The notes under the pieces are model-generated. The model did not search any database. It was not told where the DNA came from and was given only the letters and a program-made list of their open reading frames with translations. A stretch of DNA of 64,000 nucleotides from NCBI RefSeq assembly GCF_964188315.1, contig NC_135669.1, forward strand, positions 4,464,001-4,528,000, in the 5' to 3' direction. The stretch is from Podarcis muralis. Taxonomy: Eukaryota. Positions 38,253 through 52,315 of the stretch are shown here, piece by piece (the first letter of the stretch is position 1; the number at the start of each line of letters is the position of its first letter). The position numbers and the translations under genes were made by a program.

Positions 38253-39169
38253 TAATTATAGCCACATTTGCTTCGTTGTTCATGTGAATTTCTTTGCTGA
38301 GGGCAGAATAGGCATTACATCAGGAAAGTGAAATTAAGGAGGCAAAATTAGAAAAATAGAAGTCAAGCTTTGATTATTTCTTTCCTACATCTATGAGGAC
38401 TGGAAACTTAGAGAGAGAAAAGCTGCAAATATCAGGATACTGTCATGCAAACCATTTAATTTCTTGGACAAAAGTTTTAATTACCCAAAGCTCCTTTGAA
38501 CTCCACGGCACCAAAACCATCAGTGACCCCAAGCCTGTCATTTCCCACAATTTCATTATCTAGAGCATTTTTTTTCTTTCTTTCTGGCTATCAAATTGTT
38601 TCTCAGATGCAATGGATGCATTTACTCTGTTTCCATTGTCGCTGAATTAATCATAGTCCTGCCCTAACCACATGGAATTTAATTTCCCATAAGAGAAATG
38701 TTTGCTTTGGTTTAACTTTGTTGGAACTCAGTGTACTCATACAGTCTATAAAGATTTACTGTAACATATTTCACTAAGCAACATTAAAGCCAGTGATGAC
38801 AGATCGTGTCTTACATTACTTTCCTTCAACACAGGGCCATAATGCCTTTGCAACAGACAGTCGCTCCAATCAAGCACTGCAGACTGCACACGCCTTTATG
38901 CCACAATAGCTTATGAGCTGAGGCAACTCTAGATCCTAAAGTATGTCACAAATTACACACAGTTAAGGAATGAAAACCAATTGGCTTTGCATGGGCCACT
39001 GACTTGGAGGATCTGGGTTCAAATTCCTGCCCAGCCATGAAGGCAGCATGTGACATTTGACAAGGCAACTGCAATGCATTATATGTGGGGCTGCCTTTGG
39101 CAGTGGTCTAGAAGCTTCAGAATATGACTGCTATAATGTAACCCAGGACAGGATGTTGTTGGTGTTGTT

Positions 39170-40060
39170 GTTACTGTTCTTAATATTTATCAGGCATATT
39201 TTTTTGTGCTCAATGGCCTCAACATGACTAAAACAGTAAAAAAACAAAAACAAAGACATTAAAAGCAGAAAAAACATCAAACAACAAAAACTAAAATACT
39301 CACCCAACAATATATCCTACCCACTCCATTTAAAAGAAGAGCACAATGAAGGTCACTGGTGTATCTAACTACCATCCCAGTTAAAAACCAGAAGCCTGGA
39401 TAAATATAAATGTTTTTGCCTGACAACTAAAAAGAGACAGTGATGGTAAGTGGCGTGCTTCTCCGGGGAAAGCATTCTACAAATGGAGAGCCACCACTGA
39501 AAAGTCTCATTCTGGTGTCAGAACCCTCGACAGCTCCCTCAGAGAAGGCACATAAAGAAGGGCATCAAATGATCAGTGCAGTGTCTGGATTGCTTCATGT
39601 GGGGAGAGGCTGTCCTTGAGGTATTGTGGTCCTGAGCTGCATCAGGCTTTCTTGCAGCACATCATGCTAGTTCTTTACCGTCTTTGCTGACTCCATGTCC
39701 ATTTCTGGACCCAGTACAAGGTACTGGTTTTGATTTTTATAAGGCCCTTTGTGGCCTTAACAGAGAAGCTGAAGGACTAACTCTTTCCATATGTACCTGA
39801 ATCTAGAGCTCTTCTTTGAAGACTCTTCTCCAAGTGTGCCAAGCTAAGTGTTGCTATAGGAAAGAAAGTCTTTTCGGTGGTGGCATCCTGGCTCACCCAG
39901 CCCCTACTTTGGTATGATTTCAGGATCTATTTCTCAAGGCTTTTTAAGCTGCCTTAACTTTAAACTGTTTTTACTGTCTGCGGTGAGTATTTTTTATTAA
40001 TACTTTACTATGCTACACCATTTATCGTTGTTATTTTTACTCATGCACCTCCTAGAAAAC
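39170..40060. mobile_element. Two old L2 3' fragments, head-to-head (39170-39650 minus; 39690-40060 plus)
   Basis: The plus part encodes degenerate ISFWTQYKVLVLI..ALCGL; the minus part has the L2 tail and the typical ttgaggtattgtggtcctgagc segment. Confidence 0.6.
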
Positions 40061-41273
40061 TCTGTTTTAAAATACTGCAAAAGAAGCAGGTAAATAACTA
40101 AATAGCACATGATTCTTTTTCCTCAAGGGTTCTTACCTCACCTATTGAACTTGACTCTGGTCATAGGAACATAGGAAATGGCCTTATTCTATGTTGAACC
40201 AATGTTCAACTAGATTAGTAATGTTTATACTGCCTGGCAATGTCTCCCCGGAGTTTTGCATGTACACAATTTTTCAAAACAAATCTCCTTAACACAATGC
40301 AGGTTTGTATCTTACCTTCATTAATAAATGCATTTCAATGGACAGTATGAATACTCTATTATGTGTATTTCAGTACATGTTATTTGGCTGGAGAATATCA
40401 TTGCAAAATTTGGAAAAGAGCGCATCTCAAAGGATAGTTGTGTTTTGGTTCCTGTATTGATTCAGAAAGTGCAAATTTTGGAGATTCACCTTTAAATATG
40501 AACTTAACTATCTCCCCCATATTTGACTGTTCCTCTTCCCAACAATTGTTCCCGCTTGCTTGATTACTAGGCTGAGAGACAATGTGCAAGCAGGAAGTGG
40601 CCCCTGTCTACAGGCCTTCCTTCCCATCACCTCTATTATCTGGCTAGAGTGAGCATGCCTCCAGATTGTCACTATTTTCCAAGAGGGACTGGGGCAGATC
40701 CTGGTGTATATATCTGTACTATTGAAGTGGATTAAAGTGCTCTGTCCCCCAGCAAAACAGATCCTCATTTTTTAAAACAGAAATGGATGTTTTGAAGTTA
40801 GGAAAGTGGCCAAGGAATGCACTGAAAAAATGTAGGATGAATGAATGAGTAATATGAGTATGTGTAAATACCCTACAAGCAAATCAAAATCAATGCAGGG
40901 TGATTGCTCATCACCATGCAACTGCCTCATTAACACACAAAAAATGATATAATCTGGGCAGGATTTGTAAAAGCAAGTCAGGAAGAAGGCTCAACAAACA
41001 AGTCACCCGGATGTACACTGAGAGGGTGAACAAGTAAGGTGAAATAGTGGGCATGGAGGAGCAGTTCCAGGAGTCTTCTCAATGGACTCCTTGCTGGGCA
41101 TCAGCAGATACTCAACCAAGCCTGTTTTAATTCTCAGAACCTACAGTTCTCCAGATTCCATTAAATCATTGGTTTTCAACCAGGGTGCTGTGGCACCTTG
41201 GGATGACTTGAGGAGCGTTCAGGGTTGCCCAGGCAGACTGTCCTTTCATTAATTTGCAGGCCATAACTTCCTG

Positions 41274-41276
<3 letters not shown>

Positions 41277-41319
<43 letters not shown>

Positions 41320-41327
41320 GTCTCTCA
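41277..41327. repeat. (CT)n microsatellite
   Basis: CT run with a few interruptions. Confidence 0.95.
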
Positions 41328-42310
41328 GGAACATTCAGGGGAGCCAGCAGCTTTAACTTGCATTATCTTCCCAAAATAAAACAGCAGCAAAAAGTGGGGA
41401 AACACTTTTGCATAACTGTTTATCTTCTTAAAATCTCTTCCCACCCTCCAACAAAAATCATTCCCAGCTTCAGTAACTAACAGTTCCAATCCCTATACAG
41501 AGGGATTGAAAAATGCAAGAAAATGGCAAAGTAGTCTGATGGTGTGTGTGCCTGGATGTGTGAGTGCTCTCTAAGAACGGATTTAAAAATAAGCTTGAAA
41601 GTGGGGGGTGTCTTCAGTGTTTCTCTTTCCTTCTATCCCCAACATCCCTCTCCCCTCTACTTCTCCCTCCAGGCAACCCCCCTCCTCCTTAACAGTCACC
41701 CAGCTTTATGGGGAAAGGGAGAATGTTGCAGGAAAGGACCATATCTGCAAGTTTGTCCTGTGCTGTGTGTTTCTTGCTTTCCTTCCCTGCAATAACAAAA
41801 TATTTCTGTTTCTCATCTTAATCTTGTTTTGCCCTCTCCAACCCACCCACCCCCATGTGCACATTAATTTCAGGAAAGGCAGGCTGGGGCTGCCATGCTG
41901 AGTGGTGCCAAAAAGGGGTGGGTCAGAATGGGGGCAGGGGCGGAACAGAGAAATCCCCACTTCCTGTAATGGAACCCCTGCGTAAGTGGCTTCCACAGGG
42001 AAGCTGCAGAAATAATGTGGTTGGTCAAGCGAGCCGTGAACTCCAAAAGGTTGAAAGCCAATGCCTTAAATGAAAGGTGTGGCTATGATAATTATTTCAT
42101 ATTGTTTTAGGAACACCCCTTCGATAATTATTTTATTTAAGAAAAAAGTTTGTATACGTTTTTCTAAGGGAAAAAAAAAACAAATGCCAGCCCTGTCTCA
42201 ATATGCTGAATGGATCAGCTGCCAATATACTTCATATGGCTCTGTAAGTTTCTTTTTAGAGTTTTGTGTGGTTTTTTTAAAAAAGTCACAATATAAAATG
42301 GAGTAAGCTG

Positions 42311-42603
42311 ATGGTAAAGGACCCCTGGATGGTTAAGTCCAGTTGAATTTGACTATGGGGTGCAGTGCTTATCTCCACTTTCAGGCCGAGGGAGCCATCG
42401 TTTCTCCTCAGACAGCTTTTCCGGGTCACGTGGCCAGCATGACTAAACCGCTTCTGATTCATGGAACGCCGTGACGAGTGCCAGAGCACATGGAAATGCC
42501 ATTTACCTTTCCACCACAGCGGCACCTATTTATGTACTTGCAGTGGTATGCTTTTGAACTGCTAGGTTGGCAGGAGCTGGGACAGAGCAATAGGAGCTCA
42601 CCA
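42311..42603 (-). mobile_element. Sauria SINE, 5'-truncated
   Basis: Reverse complement of the body (cttttgaactgctaggttggcaggagctgggac) and tail ggtaaaggacccc; short TSD agtaagct. Confidence 0.88.
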
Positions 42604-44122
42604 AGTAAGCTATCATTTGACTGTATTTGATTGCCTGAAAGGAGTTTGTTATTCTTTCCAGTGTCTGAAGAAGATCAGTACAGCTGATCTTACAGTACAG
42701 CTTCCTCTAACCCCACACGCCCACCTTCCTCTGGGGAAAGACTGCCATGCCTCTTCAATGCATAAGAAACAAAATGATGACATCACTTTCCAGCTGCATG
42801 GTTTGGAATCAGCCCTCCACTCTGATCCCATACAGTAACCACAATCCAACACAGCATCTAAATCAGTTGGCTTAAAGGCTTTGGGGCATTTCAGCTGGTG
42901 TTGGATTGTGGCCATTCAATGCATTAGACCAATACATCTCTTGGTTGCACAGGATCTAGATTTCTTTCCTCAAAGGCACAAACACTTTTGCCACAGGAAT
43001 TGTAACTTCCCAACACTCAAACATCATATTGTTTCATTACCCCTTTGGATAGCCATCAATTGTGTTTGTTAATGTGGTGTGAAATGTGGTTGCATTTATA
43101 TTAGGAGGGAATCTATTGGACAGGGCCTGTTAATTCTCTAGGGGCAAGAGATTCAATGCTTCTCCAAGCATATACCTTTTGAGATAGATGGTGATGGCAA
43201 TGATGACAATGATGTCCTTTTTCTTCATTTTGCAGTTGGATATACTATATACTGTACTGTCTACAATGGTCTTACTTGCTATAGCTTCTTATCTTCCTAA
43301 CTTCCCTCCTCTTCTCTGGATCCAAGCCCATAGCAACACTAGCATGGAACATCACCTCTACAAATGCCAACAACTTGGAGCTCACAGCCTTGGAATATGC
43401 TGTCAGGCTCCTAATCCACATGAACTGCCGGATCTGGGAGGTGAAAGAAAGAGAAGACTAAGTAAATGATATCCTGCATGGCTCTAGCATAAGGATTTGT
43501 TGCCCATAAGCCATTAATATTCTTAGGCACCCTGTGCCAAAAATGTAACTGTTATCCAAGGATAAGTTGCATCCAACTACAGGGAAGTAATGAAAAGGCT
43601 GAGAGTGTGGGAGTTAATGAGAAAAAGGCATGACGTCTTTCCGCTGATCACAGCGACCACAGCATCTGTAGGAGAATACAGTGCATACACACATCAGGCA
43701 TGGGAGCCTGAAGCTGGGTGGAGAACAGCTGGGAGGGCAGGGATTTTTTACACATATTTATTGAATGATTCTTCAGGGTAGAAGAGGAATGCGCCTGAGA
43801 AAGTGTGCTGCTGAAAACAGGGGCAGGGTGGAAGGAAGCGGACAATGTCCTACTAATTGAAAAGGGATGGAATTGTCATTTAGAATAGCCTAAGCCCTCA
43901 GATTCTTGCCAGTCGTCTGGCTGAAGGTGGAGGTGTCACAAAACAAGCAGCCTGGATCCCATTATTGCTTGCTATGGAATCCAGACGTTAAGCATGGGGA
44001 TGAAATCTCTTTTTTTTTCCTGCTCTCTGGGAAAACTTGTGAAGTTACAACTGTGCCATGCATTCTCTGATTTCATGGCCTGCCTCAAAAGTTCCATATG
44101 CTCTCTTCCTCTTTTTTTTTAT

Positions 44123-44412
44123 ATTTTATTACTACTACTACTACTACTACTACTATACCCCACTCTTCTTGATTGGTTTCTCCAACTACTCTGGGTGGCT
44201 TACAATGCATATAAAAACATAGTAAAACTTCAAACATTAAAAACTACAGGTGTCTTCTAAAAGTTGTGTAGTTCTTTCTCTCCTTGACATCCTCTGGGAG
44301 GGTTTTCCACAGGGAGGGCACCACTGCCAAGAAGGCCTTCTGCCTGGTTCTCAGTAACTTCACTTCTCGCAGTGAGGGAACCACCAGAAGACCCTCAGAG
44401 GAGGCCCTCAGT
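44123..44412 (-). mobile_element. L2 3' end with (TAG)n tail
   Basis: Reverse complement of the same family as 4620-5820 (gaaggccttctgcctggttc, ggtgtcttctaaaag); (cta)n run at 44129-44156. Confidence 0.8.
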
Positions 44413-47400
44413 TTGAATTATGTTTGAATTACCTGACATATCATATCACATGACCCACCCAGAGGTAGAGCAGCCCATGCACTTGATATCTATATTCATT
44501 GGATCCTGGGATCCACACTGCACAAGATTCTAGGACCCAGGAAAACCTATGTGTGCAGGCTTTTATACCTCAGATGTCCATGCTGCACCCGGACAACAGC
44601 AGCCTGTTGGAGGAGGCAGTAGCTTAGGTCCATGTCCTCTTTGAAAGCTTTTAATAGGTTGGAATATGTCCTTGGGTTGTAATGGTGCCTCTTGTTCAAC
44701 TGGATGGAGGGGTATATGTCTAACCTCTAGCTTCTGTGTGGCTGAAATGTAGCCTACTGTACAGCATTAAGACTCGCATCCATTGTTCTGCCTGCATTTG
44801 AATCTGGCCCTGCCCATCATTGGTATTCAACCCCTAAAAGGAATGTGGGTCTCAGGCTGGAAATGGTTCCCAACTTCTGTTGTAAGATATAAAGAAGAAA
44901 ATTATCACCCTCGGCTCCTTGGGAAAAAAGGATGTAACCCAAAGCTGGGGAAGCTTTTTCAGCCTGAGGGCCATATTTCCTTCTGGGGGCCACATGGCAG
45001 AGGTGAGTGTGGCCAGAGGCAATAGGAGGTGGAGCAGTTAATTTTAATTTAACCTTTGTATAGTAGGTGTGCTTCAATACACACTCGCACATCCTCCATC
45101 CACAGCTCCTCATTTAGATTGAAAATGGCAACATGTATTTGACTGAAGTCACACCGAGCATAAACTGAAGAGTTCAAAATAATCAATTACTTCTGTACTT
45201 CTTGGCTTGCAAGGCTCTCCTAATTCTAAAGACTACTCCCTCTGCTGATCAATTTCAATGGAACGTGCCAACCCATGCAGTGTTTATTTTTTAAAAACCT
45301 TTCCATCCTGCCTTTCCTCAAAAGAGCTCAAGGCAGCTAGTGATAAGAAATGAAACTGGCACAAATGAACCATTAAAAAAATCACTTACAATCTAACACA
45401 AAAATACTAAATCACTAAAAACAGAGGGAGGAAATGACACAGCAGAGCAGCTTGCTTTTTTTTTTTACATGAGTATTCGAAAAGACAGATAAAAACTGAC
45501 ATCATAAAACAGTCATTTAGCTAACGACTTCCTAAAAAGGATGGTTTTCCCAACTTGTGAAGGCCATTAAAGAGAGGGCAATAGATGCCACCATCAGGAG
45601 AGTTTCAAGGTCAAGGATAAGAAACCTGTGACCCTCCAGATGTTGTTGAACTACAACACTCAGTGCCCATTAGCACTGGCCATGCTTGATGGGGCTGCTG
45701 GGAGCACAATCCTAACCATGCCTACTCAGCAATAAATGCCTGTTAAATTTAATAGGACTTGCTCCCAGGTAAGGCTTGGGATTGAGGTTTATGGATCTAT
45801 GGACCTCTAAGGGAGATTTGGATCTGTGCTTCTCCAGTACCAATCTCAGTGTAGTCGGCATTTTAGTCTTCTTCTTGGGGTCTCTGCAGGAAGAAGTGCA
45901 TTTGGGAGGACTATACAGTAGCTCAATGGCAGAGCATGTGCTTTGCATGCAGAAGGTCCCAGGCTCAATCCCTTGTAGTTCCAGAGCAGAAATATTCAGA
46001 TAACAGGTGATATGGAATATCTGTACCCAACAGCTGCTTGCAGAGGTACCTAACAGAATAGATTAGACCTCATGTCTACCCCAGCTGGCATAGCAATGGT
46101 CAGTGATGGTAGATGTTATGGTCAAAAACATCTGGAGGACACCAAGTTGGGAAAGGTTAGAACAGACAATAGATGGGAAAATAGTATTCTGTGTAAGTTC
46201 GCAAGGTGTTGGTCCAGAATTAAGAAGGGGGCTATTTTGTGAAGGCTTAAGTACATCTGCTGTTTGATGCATCTCTTAATGTCATCATGTCCCACAGCCA
46301 GTTCTTCTACAGACCCACCAAGCACCAATGGGCTCCATTCCATCCTATGAGACTTCACCATTTGTGGTGTTAGGAATCATCCCCATCATTTTAGGATCTG
46401 GTCCCCAAGACACCTGACAACTGCAACATGGCTGTTTTGATGCTAGGTCATTTAGCTGGTGTGAAACACTCTGTCTTGTTTCTTCGTAGCATTGCATTAA
46501 GATGGATGGGATGCAAAGTCAATTTTACAAAAAAGACATTTGATCAGTCCTTAGAACTGAGCTCATTACTCAATTAACAAGATCAGCATGATTAATTGGT
46601 TAATCCTTGTAAATTGGATTTTAGTTGGATTATAATCAGAGTTGTCGCCTGTCAGAGGGTTTTTGGTGTTGGTGGGTTTGGTGTAAATAACAGCCGGATC
46701 CACAGACCCATGTAATTTCCAATGGCACTCATGAATACTGAAGAAAGTAGATATAGACACACAACAGACAAAAAGTATGAACAATTCACAGTAAATAAAC
46801 TAAAATCTCTAAATAAAAATAAAAAAGAATATTGTGAAAGAGCTGCCCTGGCTATTTCAATTGAGATAGCAGATGCACACAAGGAAATGAAAACACCCCT
46901 GGATCAGTTGCCTCCATTGAAACAAATGGGGAAATATTTGCCAGTCAGGAATACAACCTACCTCTCCACATATTTAAAATTCATTGTAGTGAAAGCTATA
47001 CTGATATTTCATTTGCTTCTGTGTTTGTCTGAATTGGATTGGACTGCTTTGTGTTTTTAGGCCCTGGGATTATTCATTGATGGTGGGCACATTACAAAAT
47101 TGAATTAGCAAATAAATACTTAACTCCAGAAGTGCTTTGCCAGGTGGGGTGAAGCCTCCACACTAGAACCCCAGCAGGTGGCTTGCTTGCTGGGATGGAG
47201 AGGGGATGGGGAGGCAGGTGCAGTGCAAATACTCCAGCAGGAGCACCAGATTGATCCTACCAGTGCATTTGCACCATGCCGACCTCCCATCTCCCCCCGG
47301 TAAGCAACAGTGACCCACCTGCTAGGAAGCTAACATGCTGGCTGCGCTCCACCCAGTGAGCCACTTCTGCTTATTTAAACCCACATTATGTGAAGATACC

Positions 47401-47414
47401 TATGGGCACAATCT

Positions 47415-48460
47415 TCTAAGCAGGCCCCATTGTAACCTGTTACCTCTGAGGATGTGGACAGGCTGCTTGAATGAGTGAAACTGTCCACCTGCCTTCTTGA
47501 TCCTTGCCTATCCTGGCTCAAAAAAGTGAGCTGGGTAACGCACTCTGTGGGGTGGTGAATGCTTCCCTCTGTTAGGGAGTCTTCCCAGACCCGCTTAAAG
47601 AAGCAGTTATTAAACCACTTCTTTAAAAACCATATTTGGATCTAGCCATTATGGCCAATTATCGTTTAGTCTCAAATCTTCCATTCCTGAGCAAGGTGGT
47701 CGCTGTACAACTCTGGGCATGTCTGGAGTATGTGGACCACTTGAATCCCTTCCAATCGGGATTCAGGCCTCATCATGGACTGAAACTGATTTGGCTGCAT
47801 TGGTTGATGATCTCCATTGGGCTAAGACAGAGGTGAAATCTATTTCCTGGTTCTGTTGGATCTCTCAAAAGCTTTTGACACCAATGACTGTGACATCCTT
47901 CTAGACCGTCTAGAGGAGTTGGGAGCTGGGGACACAGTTATGCAGTTGTTCCGCTCCTTCCTCCTGGGCTGTGTCCAGAAACTGGTGTTGGGGTGAGGCT
48001 TTGTACTCCCCCCCATGCTTTTTAACATCTATACTAAGCTGATGGGAGAGATCACCAGGGGGTTTGGGCTGGGTGCTCACCAGTATGCAGATAATATGCA
48101 GCTCTACCTCTCTTTTAAATCAGAACCAGTGATGACAGTGGGTGTCCTGTGTGAGTGTTTGAAGGTGGTTGGAAGATGGTTGGTGGTTAATGGGTTGATG
48201 TTGAATCCCAACAAGACGTACTGTTTCTGGGTGACAGGGATGGGCAGGTGTGAGGGACTCCCTGGTCCTGAATGGGGCAACTGTGCCTCTGAAGGTATGC
48301 AGCCTAGGAGTCATTTTAGACTCCTGTCCATGGAGGTCAATTCTGTGTCCAGCGCAGCTCCATCTGGCAGCTCCATGTGGCACACTGGCTGAGACCCAGA
48401 GTGGCTGGGACAAACCATCCAGATGGGTGTGGTATAAATAATAAAATTATTATTAGTAGT
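47415..48460 (+). mobile_element. L2 LINE RT region, degraded, with internal deletions
   Basis: STCLLDPCLSW, NYRLVSNLPFLSKV, QSGFRPHHG, LDLSKAFDT, HQYADNMQLYL, LNPNKT, LGVILD, then 3' tail. Confidence 0.9.
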
Positions 48461-49639
48461 AGTATTTTTAGTGTCATTAGCTTTATTATTATTCACATGT
48501 TATTAAAACTAATGACCATCAATTGACTAAAAAACCTATTGCTGCCCTTAATGTTATTCACACAGAAATTATCATTTAAATGTGGGTTTTAATGCCACAT
48601 TATTTTGAGCTTCTCAAATTGTAGGGGTGTGGGGAGGATAGTATAAAATTGATTAAGGAAAAGAAGAAAGGGAAGAGGGGGAAAATAAAAAAATCTACAG
48701 TTAACTTAAGGTTGGCTTCAGAACACCTGAAATAGGATGCAGTTCACAACCTGTAGATCAGATGGAACAAAACAGTTGTGTTGCCCTGCTAATTCCTCCC
48801 CGTATTTCTGATCTTATGGGAGCAGGAGTCTCTCAAAGTCCCACAGAAGCAGGTGTGGGTATATTTTAAGTCACAGCAATTCAGTTTAATTAAGTACTCC
48901 TCCAACTTGCAAAGCTTCCCATTTAAGTAATAAAATAAAAACACAACAAATGGTGCTGCACTTGGGGAACTAGATAAACAAATGCCACAGAATGGCATGG
49001 AAAACTGAATTTGCTTTGGAGGGGGGGGGGAATTGCTCTTCATTTACTCATATAGTCCAAATAATATAGAGACATTTGGCAGCCTTGTGGACTGCTGAAT
49101 ATTGAAAATAGCAGATGTGTCACTGGTCCTTGCAGTTTCCTTTATCTTTTAGGTGAGGAATGTGGAACCTATGACCCTCCAGACCTAACTGGACTCCAAC
49201 TCCTGTCAGCCCCAGTTAGCATGGACAAAAGTTGTGGATGATGGGAGCTGTAATCCAGCAGCCTGTGGTTGTCCAACAGATTCTCCAACCCTGTTTAAAG
49301 TGAGGATGTGGGATGAAGTCCACAAAAGTTTATGCCATAATAAATGTGATGGTCATTGTGAATCTACAGGAATCTTGTTTCACTAGAAACTAATGTGACT
49401 TCCTCTCGCAAAACTGTACTGGGTTCTTCAATGCTTTATTCAGCTGTTCCTAATGGCCATGCTCAACTCAAGCACCGCTAATACTACTGTTTGGACAACA
49501 CAACTAGAAGAAGCCAAGCATTCCCTGTCAAATGTCCAAATGCTATTGCTTCACAACAATGTGGAGGGGAGAGATACAGCAGACTCTTCAGCAGGACACC
49601 ATTGGGGTGGGAAACCTTTTCAGCTCATAAGTCATATTC

Positions 49640-50005
49640 TCATATTCTCAGACCAACTTTGCATTATAAAGATGTCTGCAAACATAATATGAAAGCTGGC
49701 AGCATTAACCCCGCCATATGAGAATCCCTTGCAGACGACTGCAGTGCGCAGAGACAGAAAGCCAGGTTGTGTATCCACACCAGTGACCAGAGGAGAAATG
49801 ACCACTGGGAGGAGCACAGAAAGAAGAAACACCATGGTACACCTATAGCAGCAAAACCCGACACCTTCATCTGCCCCACCTGCAATAAAACATGTCTCTC
49901 CCATATTGCTCTATGCAGCCACAGCAGACACTGTAACCCTCCAATGGTTTAACTTTACCCCCAAAGGTACACTCTTCCATTTTCTCCTGAAACAGATGCC
50001 AACAA
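49640..50005 (+). mobile_element. RTE-clade LINE 3' end
   Basis: RPTLHYKDVCKHNMKAGSINPAI*ESLADD and FICPTCNKTCLSHIALCSHSRHC (C2H2-like RTE ORF terminus). Confidence 0.8.
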
Positions 50006-50189
50006 TGGTAAACTAGTTTCTATCCATACCCCTCTCTATCTTCCATTCCATTGTAGGCATTATCAGAGTTCAAGGGCATATTCCAGCCACGTAAAAATGC
50101 TCAAAGAGGGTATGAAGTAGGGCTGTTAAAGCATTTGGCCTGGAGACAGAGCGTGTGGCTCAGAATGTGTGTGGCCTGGGCTAGGGGTA

Positions 50190-50564
50190 AAGGTAAAGGT
50201 AAAGGTAAAAGGTAAAGGTACCCCTGCCCGTACGGGCCAGTCTTGACAGACTCTAGGGTTGTGCGCTCATCTCACTCTATAGGCCGGGAGCCAGCGCTGT
50301 CCGCAGACACTTCCGGGTCACATGGCCAGCGTGACAAGCTGCATCTGGCGAGCCAGCGCAGCACACGGAATGCCATTTACCTTCCCGCTGGTAAGCAGTC
50401 CCTATTTATCTACTTGCACCCGGGGGTGCTTTCGAACTGCTAGGTTGGCAGGCGTTGGGACTGAACGACGGGAGCGCACCCCGCCGCGGGGATTCGAACC
50501 GCCATCCTTTCGATCAGCAAGTCCTAGGCGCTGAGGCTTTAACCCACAGCGCCATCCACGTCCT
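50190..50564 (-). mobile_element. Sauria SINE, full length
   Basis: (aaggta)n at the left end, head reverse complement at the right; 12-bp TSD gggctaggggta (50178-50189 and 50567-50578). Confidence 0.95.
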
Positions 50565-50702
50565 AGGGGCTAGGGGTAGATTTTGGTAATCTTTTGTAAC
50601 ATGGTGTCTGTGTGAAGCCAAATTTTGGCACCCCCAAACGGATATTCTAACTTATGGATCTTCTCAATTTTGCTCCCCTTTGGCTCAGCAACCTGTGTAG
50701 GG

Positions 50703-50913
50703 TAGGGTTGCCATACGTCTGCAATTTCCCAGACATAGCCAAGATTCGGCCATTGGAAGCAGTGTCTGGACGGAAATCACTGGAATATCCGGGAAAATCC
50801 AGACGTATGGCAACCCAGGTCGGAAGTGTAGATTTTGGCAAATTCCCTTTAAAAAAAAAAAAAAGCCCAAGTTTTGCGTCCAAATTTTCACTTTTTGAAA
50901 TATGGCAGCCCTA
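50703..50913. mobile_element. hAT MITE (tagggttgcca family) with an extra internal TIR copy
   Basis: tagggttgccatacgtctg; internal cagacgtatggcaaccc (50800-50816); terminal tatggcagcccta; 8-bp TSD gtgtag(g/a)g. Confidence 0.75.
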
Positions 50914-52246
50914 GTGTAGAGGAACCACCCCACCAACCTAAAACCAGTGCTGCCTGGGCACAGTCCAGATGCAGAGTCGTGGAGGGTCACATTTGCTCCC
51001 GGACCTAAGATTTATTCACCTTTATTCACATGTGTGAAAACAAAGTCACCACACAATACATAGCCTGCCATTTCACCCACAGCAGAGGCTGCAATGCATT
51101 TTGAAATGTTAACATCCTGTGGAACAATTACAATGACATTTCCAAGTATAGTTTTATGCACCTGGTGGCAGCATGGCTGTGGGAACTCTGGGGTTTGTAG
51201 AAGGACCAATAAATATTTAGGAGGGGGGGAATTGGGTTTGGAGTGTGAATTGCATGGTTATTCTCAATAAGGATGCTATAAACATGTCCCTATGCCCACT
51301 TATCTGTTGGGCTTCACAGCTCCCCATCCAGAGCCAATGTAAGTGTAGCAGTGTGAATTTTGGATTACCACAGGGGTCCCCACTCAGCTGCATAAAGCAG
51401 GCTGGCTGACCTTGAATCACTCACTAACATTAAACCTGGCCTGCCTGATAAGGCTGTTGTGAAGATAATGGGGAATGTATGAGCCAACTGAAAAGACAAC
51501 AAGCCACACTGTCAGAAAACGTTGGATAAGCACGTAATAAAATGAGCAAGTTCCAGCTTGCAATGTGAAGTTTTGCATTCCAACAACTCCTTAACTCTGC
51601 TTTGAGGGGTTGAGGTTAAATCTGTTCCACAATGGTTTGGCCTGGGATCAAAATATGTTGGGAATGGTGAGTTTCTATCTGGACACCTTGCTGTTCTGAG
51701 ATCGATTTTTATACTTTTGCCTTTTAAATTGTTGCCACTGATCTGGAACATCTAGGATCGGGTGGGATTGCAGACACAAATAATTGAAAGGCTATTACCT
51801 GCATAGCAAAGTTATTCTAGAGACCTAGCAACAGGAATTTAATAGCAAAGAGATCCTTGCTATCATTTGTTCTCTCGATCTATCCATCTAACACCATCTC
51901 AAATGAAGAGGGTGGAGAGACATTGGAAGACTGCAACTCTAATAAATTCAAGAAAAGTCTGAAGCACAACAGAAGCAACACACTTGTGATCTCTGAATTA
52001 TACAGTGGGATGAGCCAGGCAAAGCAGTTTATAACAAGCAAATGCCAGTTGAGATTTTAAATCATTTTCCAATAGCTTAACATACAACACTCTTTCTCTC
52101 ACAGACATACAAAACACCTACACATTCTACTTATTACTGGGTTTTCCTGCTAATGGTGCATACTTCCTTCCACTCCTTTCAGAGGGACAAACTGTAATTT
52201 TTACAGTCCTTTGATTCATTCGTTTTGATTCAGCATCTTTTTTTTT

Positions 52247-52315
52247 CTTCTTCTTCTTCTTCTTCCTCTTCTTTTTTTTTTGAAGAAGAACAACAACAAC
52301 AACAACAACAACAAC
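52247..52315. repeat. Compound (CTT)n / polyT / (CAA)n simple repeat
   Basis: Directly visible. Confidence 0.9.

Noticed and set aside
42893-42903. miR-138-like agctggtgttg
   Set aside because: Only 11 nt match, it lies on the wrong hairpin arm, and the rest diverges from the mature miRNA.
45905-45990. tRNA-like sequence (also 1866-2010, 23962-24136, 32092-32256)
   Set aside because: These are SINE heads followed by SINE bodies or tails, without a complete cloverleaf; not tRNA genes.
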